DNA from: Sulfurimonadaceae bacterium
Lineage (GTDB): Bacteria; Campylobacterota; Campylobacteria; Campylobacterales; Sulfurimonadaceae
DNA length: 11,725 bases
Assembly: GCA_041548245.1 (NCBI GenBank)
Contig: JBFESZ010000069.1
Coordinates: 1-11,725, forward strand
Reading direction: 5' to 3'
The position numbers and the translations under genes are program-made. Below, piece after piece: positions 7,823 to 11,725 of the stretch (position 1 is the first letter of the stretch; every line of letters begins with the position of its first letter). The notes beneath the pieces are model-generated. The model made no database searches and was not told where the DNA came from. It was given only the letters and a program-made list of their open reading frames with translations.

Positions 7823-8445
7823 TACGTGATCCCCCATACAGAGATTTTTAACTCACTGTCAATTTTACTTGCTGCGATTAAATCGACATTATGAATATCG
7901 ACTACGAGAAAGCTCTGCTCCAGTGAATTTATAAACTTCATCGTTCTGTGAAAGTCTCCTGTGACTTTCAGCTCAATATCAAGGACATGTCCAAAAGTAC
8001 TCTTGTCAGCTGAAAACTCATTTGACAAGTAATGAAGCTGAACACCGTATTTTTTTGCATTTTCTGAGATAGAATCAATGAATTCCCCCCAGGCCTGTTC
8101 ATCATAGTACAGACTGGAAATCTGTTCAATCTTAAACTTGATGTATTCAGATTGGTCTTTAAGCGACACAAAATCCTGCTTCAGTTTAAGTGTTTGTGCT
8201 TTCAGTCCTTCTATCTTGCTTTGAGGGTTCCACTTAAGAAAGTTCTGATCATCAGCGATCTTCTTCTCAATGGCTTTAGTCTCGGCAACAGTCTTGTTGT
8301 AGCCGATTTCAGCACTGTCCCAAAAAAGTACATAAGACAAGCCAATTAAGGCAGCGGCCACCATGACATAAATAGCATAAATGTCAGTTTGCTTTTTTTC
8401 TGCAAAGGATTTGTCAATATCACCTAATATATCTTCTAAAGTCAT
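7819..8445 (-). CDS. pilO: PilO/MshJ-like inner-membrane alignment protein
   Basis: 208 aa: one N-terminal TM (IYAIYVMVAAALIGLSYVLFW), a coiled coil, then a PilO/GspM-type ferredoxin-like domain (FIDSISENAKKYGVQL...IELKVTGDFHRTMKFINSLEQSFLVVDIHNV...LKISVWG). ATGA overlap with the upstream gene. Confidence 0.8.
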   Translation of the reverse strand: MTLEDILGDIDKSFAEKKQTDIYAIYVMVAAALIGLSYVLFWDSAEIGYNKTVAETKAIEKKIADDQNFLKWNPQSKIEGLKAQTLKLKQDFVSLKDQSEYIKFKIEQISSLYYDEQAWGEFIDSISENAKKYGVQLHYLSNEFSADKSTFGHVLDIELKVTGDFHRTMKFINSLEQSFLVVDIHNVDLIAASKIDSELKISVWGITY

Positions 8446-9977
8446 TTGAGAACCACCTTTAACTCACTTGAATATAACTTTCCTTCACTGTCAAATTCGA
8501 TCTTATTGAAAGAAAATTTGTATTGTGAGGATTTTGTCTTCGTGTACCATTCGATAAGGTTTGTGATGCTCTTATCTTTTTTGGAAACCAAGTTTAACGT
8601 AAACATCTTCTCATTTGTTTTTGAGTCTTGGGAATAGCTGGCTTTAGAAAGTTGGACCTTGTATTTATTAAGGTCTTTTGTAAGATCGCTTATCCTACTG
8701 GCTTTCATCGGGTAGTTGACTTTGACATCATGTATCTTGGTCAATACGGCTTTCTTCTCATCCAAGGCTTTATTTTCATTTTCGACAAGTGTCTTTACCT
8801 TGTTCATCTCTTCTGTGTGGTGATTGACCTGTTTTTCTCTGTCCTGACGTTGTATGTGCAGTTCAGTGTACTCTGACGTCAGAGCAAGCTTTTTAATGTT
8901 TTCTATACCATCAAGAGTCCAGTAGACACCCGGGTAGATCATGGCAACAACGGCTGCCGCTGCTGCTGTTAGAATAAGTTGTCCGCTCGCACGTTTAACA
9001 AATGCAGGCGGTCGATGAAAACGTGTGAAGTTACATGTATACTTGTCTTCAGCTTCGAGTTGCGCAGTAAGATGCATGAGCAGGTGCATCTGGTCGATGT
9101 ACCACTCTTCTGTCTCAAATCCATAATTGAAGTTGAAGTCACTGGAGTCCAAGCCCAAGTATGTCTGTGAATATTCATCCATTCCGACAATTGCACCTAC
9201 TTCAGAACCGATATAGACTTTGTCGATTCTGTCAAGTTCAAACGCACGTTTAGAATAGGTCATAACATCATTGATGTGTAGGAATACTTCGCCAAAAAGT
9301 TTGATCAGATATTGTTGGTTTTCACTTTGAGAACTTCTTAGCCCCTCTTCGGATAAAAGTTTTGTGAAAGCTGAAAGTTCGATCTGCTCACCCAATAGTT
9401 CACAATATCGGTCATGCATCTGAGAAAATGAGTATTTTAACGATTTAGTATAAAGAAACTCTCTGTCATCATACAGTGTTAAAAATGCATCATCCGATTG
9501 GAAGTATATAAAACAGTGTGTACCATTCTCTTCGATGATCTCTTTTTTATACAAGGTTCTTAATAAAAGTGGTGCAGGGATAATAGTGTCTATATATTTT
9601 ATCTGTTCGATACTTTGCGCAAACGTCTCATTAAGAGTTAGCGGGTCGACTACAAAGACATGAAAACTTTTATTTCCTTCTTCTCCGCTGTCAGGTGCTT
9701 CTACGTAATCGATCTGATATTCAATTGCCATATCAAGACCAAGCTCTTCATAGATCTTGGTCTCAATTACATCTCTGACATCTTCATCAGGTATGTTTTT
9801 ACTGACATCAATGACGGTTGTGATGAAATCTTGCGTCTTTAGATATGAGATAGCATACTGATCTTTGATATATTGAGGTTTGTCAGCGGTCTTGATCTGT
9901 GTTGTTGTCCCCGTATAATAGGAATTATTATATGGATCTGCAGATATTGTACTGGAGAAGGCTTGCTTCTGTTTCAT
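8442..9977 (-). CDS. PilM-PilN fusion protein (MshI/GspL-like alignment-complex subunit)
   Basis: 511 aa. Residues ~1-315 show PilM-like actin-fold patterns (IETKIYEELGL...YQIDY; IDTIIPAPLLL; HCFIYF...LTLYDDREFLYTKSL; IDKVYIGS). These are followed by one TM (res ~334-353, nt 8978-8919), a coiled coil, and a PilN-like C-terminus (ISDLTKDLNKYKVQL...FTLNLVS...ITNLIE...YSSELKVVLK). SD AGGA at 9988-9985; positioned immediately before pilO. Confidence 0.75.
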   Translation of the reverse strand: MKQKQAFSSTISADPYNNSYYTGTTTQIKTADKPQYIKDQYAISYLKTQDFITTVIDVSKNIPDEDVRDVIETKIYEELGLDMAIEYQIDYVEAPDSGEEGNKSFHVFVVDPLTLNETFAQSIEQIKYIDTIIPAPLLLRTLYKKEIIEENGTHCFIYFQSDDAFLTLYDDREFLYTKSLKYSFSQMHDRYCELLGEQIELSAFTKLLSEEGLRSSQSENQQYLIKLFGEVFLHINDVMTYSKRAFELDRIDKVYIGSEVGAIVGMDEYSQTYLGLDSSDFNFNYGFETEEWYIDQMHLLMHLTAQLEAEDKYTCNFTRFHRPPAFVKRASGQLILTAAAAAVVAMIYPGVYWTLDGIENIKKLALTSEYTELHIQRQDREKQVNHHTEEMNKVKTLVENENKALDEKKAVLTKIHDVKVNYPMKASRISDLTKDLNKYKVQLSKASYSQDSKTNEKMFTLNLVSKKDKSITNLIEWYTKTKSSQYKFSFNKIEFDSEGKLYSSELKVVLK

Positions 9978-11275
9978 TCTTTATTCCTAGCTACATAATT
10001 TAAAACTACCATTCCACAAAAAGCATCTTGTTTATAAAACTCAGCTCTATACATTTTTTGCTCGTTGTCAAGCGAAAAACGTTTTAACAGTGAAGACTCA
10101 GCAATTTTTATTCCCAATTCATTATTGTACCTGGGATCAGTGAAACCAATCACATTCAAGCGATAACCCGCAGGTGCATTGAAAACTATATCGGACATTA
10201 TTTTAACTTCTGAAGGTAAATCAACAGATTTAACATTTCCGTCGACGATAGCCTCAAAAGGACCTTTGCATTCTTGCATAACAAAAGGTGTCGTACGAAG
10301 ATGCGAAATCTTTTTATGTCCTATATATAAATCGATAAAGCCATTGCCTTCAACCACGCCGCCTAAGGGGTGGGAGAAGTGCAAGTCGTTATCTTTCGAT
10401 TGTAGCGGAATATATCTTAAATTTTTTCTTAAGATGTCTAAATTAAGGGAGAAATTGCCATTAATGACCATATTTCCATTACTTTTAGTGATATTTTTAA
10501 CATTTTCTGAGTCCAGTTCAAAGTCTCTTTGATAATCAATGCCCATTATCTCCATAAAAGCTTCGATGGCCCGAAGCTGATAATAGACCTTTAGTGCAGT
10601 GTTTTTAAGCTCTTTGCTTGTCTCTATAGCAAAGGCAGGTTTATTATTGTTTATCGCAAAATAAGTTAATGAATGTTGCATCTCATTCTTTTTCTTTTTT
10701 GTCTTGGTATTTCTTACATTGAAACTGTGATGTTCTTGCAAAAGGTGGTTGTTAAGTTTTTCACTGACTTGCTCGGCGATACAGGCCAGATCTCCATAGC
10801 TGCTGTTGTAATCAAGTTTCTTTTGATCTATTACACAGGTCTGTCCCCATGCCCCAGGGTTAAATATGGTATTTGTGTATTTTTCGCGAAAAAAACCATG
10901 CCCGTCATGAAGGTTAAGAATAAGAGAGACATCTTCTTCGAGAATCAATGATTTGATCTCTTCGATAAGATTGATATCCGGATCGTGCTGCTCTATTTTC
11001 GAGAACTTGCGGTTAAGGTCTCCGTTAATACCTCGGCTGTATTGCAGGATGCTTTCTCTGTTTGTATTGGGAACAACCCATAGGTTTCCGCTATTTATAG
11101 TATAGTGCTGAGCTAGAATGGAAGCGGCAAAATATCCTCCGGGTTCATTTCCGTGTATTCCTGCAAATATCAAGAGAGTAGGACCTTGTGTCTTTCCGTT
11201 AAGTTTATAAATATCAAATTTGCCCTGGGCAAAGAGAGATGAGAATAGGAGCAATAATAGGGCGTATAATCTCAT
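9974..11275 (-). CDS. pgp1: M99 (M14-like) zinc D,L-carboxypeptidase, Pgp1/Csd4 family, acting on peptidoglycan stem peptides
   Basis: 433 aa with a signal peptide, GPTLLIFAGIHGNEPGG (H41, E44), VVPN, R81-G..GDLNRKF, LNLHDG (H123), NPGAWGQ, LTYFA and AFAIETSK (E218). Spacing matches H. pylori Csd4 Q46/E49/R86/N93/R94/H128/E222 as I recall them. The C-terminal beta domains include YRLNVIGF and YRAEFYK...FCGMVVL. Orthologue versus paralogue is not resolvable here. Confidence 0.88.
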   Translation of the reverse strand: MRLYALLLLLFSSLFAQGKFDIYKLNGKTQGPTLLIFAGIHGNEPGGYFAASILAQHYTINSGNLWVVPNTNRESILQYSRGINGDLNRKFSKIEQHDPDINLIEEIKSLILEEDVSLILNLHDGHGFFREKYTNTIFNPGAWGQTCVIDQKKLDYNSSYGDLACIAEQVSEKLNNHLLQEHHSFNVRNTKTKKKKNEMQHSLTYFAINNNKPAFAIETSKELKNTALKVYYQLRAIEAFMEIMGIDYQRDFELDSENVKNITKSNGNMVINGNFSLNLDILRKNLRYIPLQSKDNDLHFSHPLGGVVEGNGFIDLYIGHKKISHLRTTPFVMQECKGPFEAIVDGNVKSVDLPSEVKIMSDIVFNAPAGYRLNVIGFTDPRYNNELGIKIAESSLLKRFSLDNEQKMYRAEFYKQDAFCGMVVLNYVARNKE

Positions 11276-11725
11276 CTATTTCTCAGCCAAGATATAAAAC
11301 TTGTCGGAATGTAAATGCACATACAACTCTTTATGACCGCTGAATTGAAAACTGTTTGAACTGTACTCTTCTTTAAAGCTTATCAAGTAGACATCTTCAT
11401 GCTGTTGCATAGGGTAGGGAAGAATGTTAATATCACTAAACAAGATCTGTTTATACTCATCTTTTTGAAATATACGTTGTTTATAATCTTTAAACTTTGA
11501 ATAGTCCAAGCCGTCTATACGCTTGAAACCTTTATCGTAAAAACTCATGTAGGTATCAAAGTCATTTGTCTTCCAAGCCTTTCTCCAGCTGTAGAGTTGG
11601 CTTAAAAGCTGCATCAATTTTTTTTTGCTGACTTCAGGGTAGGGCTTTTGATCAATGTAGACCAGGGCCTCTTTGAAGTCAATTCGGCTTTCTATGTCTT
11701 GAAGGTTGTTATTGTTGATCGCAAT
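11276..11725 (-). CDS. pgp2: Pgp2/Csd6-like L,D-carboxypeptidase (YkuD-type catalytic domain plus C-terminal NTF2-like domain), 5' end outside window
   Basis: The frame is open from the window edge for 149 sense codons (IAINNNNLQDIESRIDFKEALVYIDQKPYPEVSKKKLMQLLSQLYSWRKAWKTNDFDTYMSFY...). 'IAINN' fits the residues that follow the catalytic GC of YkuD domains, but the Cys itself would lie just outside the window. W..AW...D...Y.SFY...F, F..YK.RIF, ISFKEEYSS..F...G.KELYV and ILAEK match the Csd6/Pgp2 NTF2-like C-terminal domain. Confidence 0.82.
   Translation of the reverse strand: MAINNNNLQDIESRIDFKEALVYIDQKPYPEVSKKKLMQLLSQLYSWRKAWKTNDFDTYMSFYDKGFKRIDGLDYSKFKDYKQRIFQKDEYKQILFSDINILPYPMQQHEDVYLISFKEEYSSNSFQFSGHKELYVHLHSDKFYILAEK
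11618..11626 (-). repeat. A9 homopolymer tract in the pgp2-like CDS
   Basis: T9 on the plus strand at 11618-11626 (coding AGC AAA AAA AAA TTG ATG); the longest homopolymer I found by eye in the window. Confidence 0.8.

Noticed and set aside
4564-9196. Short minus-strand alternate-frame ORFs (4564-4782, 5870-6064, 7968-8171, 8969-9196)
   Set aside because: Nested out of frame within intact genes; the host frames are uninterrupted, so there is no sign of frameshifted pseudogenes.
9927-9932. Minus-strand TATAAT as an internal promoter
   Set aside because: It lies within the PilMN coding sequence, downstream of the start codon, and a single hexamer is expected by chance in AT-rich DNA.
515-9977. 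Calling the locus a classical type II secretion system
   Set aside because: There are no GspG-K pseudopilins or GspC-PDZ; the MshL-type secretin, MshM-like ATPase and gene order fit an MSHA/Cts system better.
887-10951. Short plus-strand ORFs (887, 2165, 2209, 4278, 6367, 8152, 8446, 8628, 8979, 9660, 10179, 10673)
   Set aside because: All lie wholly antisense to well-supported genes and show no recognisable motifs; they are typical shadow ORFs.
11276-11617. ORF-track 113-aa standalone NTF2-like protein
   Set aside because: The frame stays open to 11725 with YkuD-like residues upstream; it is the C-terminal domain of a longer gene.
1-11725. DNA-uptake signal enrichment (RAATTY sites as used by C. 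jejuni), CRISPR repeats, IS ends, tRNA/ncRNA
   Set aside because: RAATTY sites occur, but I cannot show enrichment without counting against a background model. The window is almost entirely coding, with no repeat arrays, transposase or RNA-gene structure visible.

Overview
AT-rich bacterial chromosomal DNA; the protein families point to Campylobacterota, probably a free-living Sulfurimonas-like lineage (inference). Bases 1-477 (+) encode the C-terminal end of a UvrD/Rep (SF1A) helicase. Converging on it from 515 to beyond 11725 (-) is a near gap-free run of 11 genes. In transcription order these are: a Pgp2/Csd6-like L,D-carboxypeptidase (5'-truncated by the window edge), a Pgp1/Csd4-like M99 Zn D,L-carboxypeptidase, a PilM-PilN fusion (MshI-like), PilO/MshJ-like, MshK/PilP-like, a secretin (MshL/CtsD), an ExeA/MshM-like ATPase (CtsP), a membrane-anchored TPR protein (CtsX/MshN-like), an exported hypothetical protein, an assembly ATPase (CtsE/MshE) and a platform protein (CtsF/MshG). 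No pilin, prepilin peptidase or PilT is present, and I saw no RNA gene, mobile element or CRISPR array. The most notable feature is that two peptidoglycan stem-trimming 'cell-shape' enzyme homologues, in pathway order, abut or overlap the head of an MSHA-type pilus/competence operon. The Pgp1-like enzyme has His rather than the Gln zinc ligand of H. pylori Csd4. All family calls come from motif reading; no database search was run.
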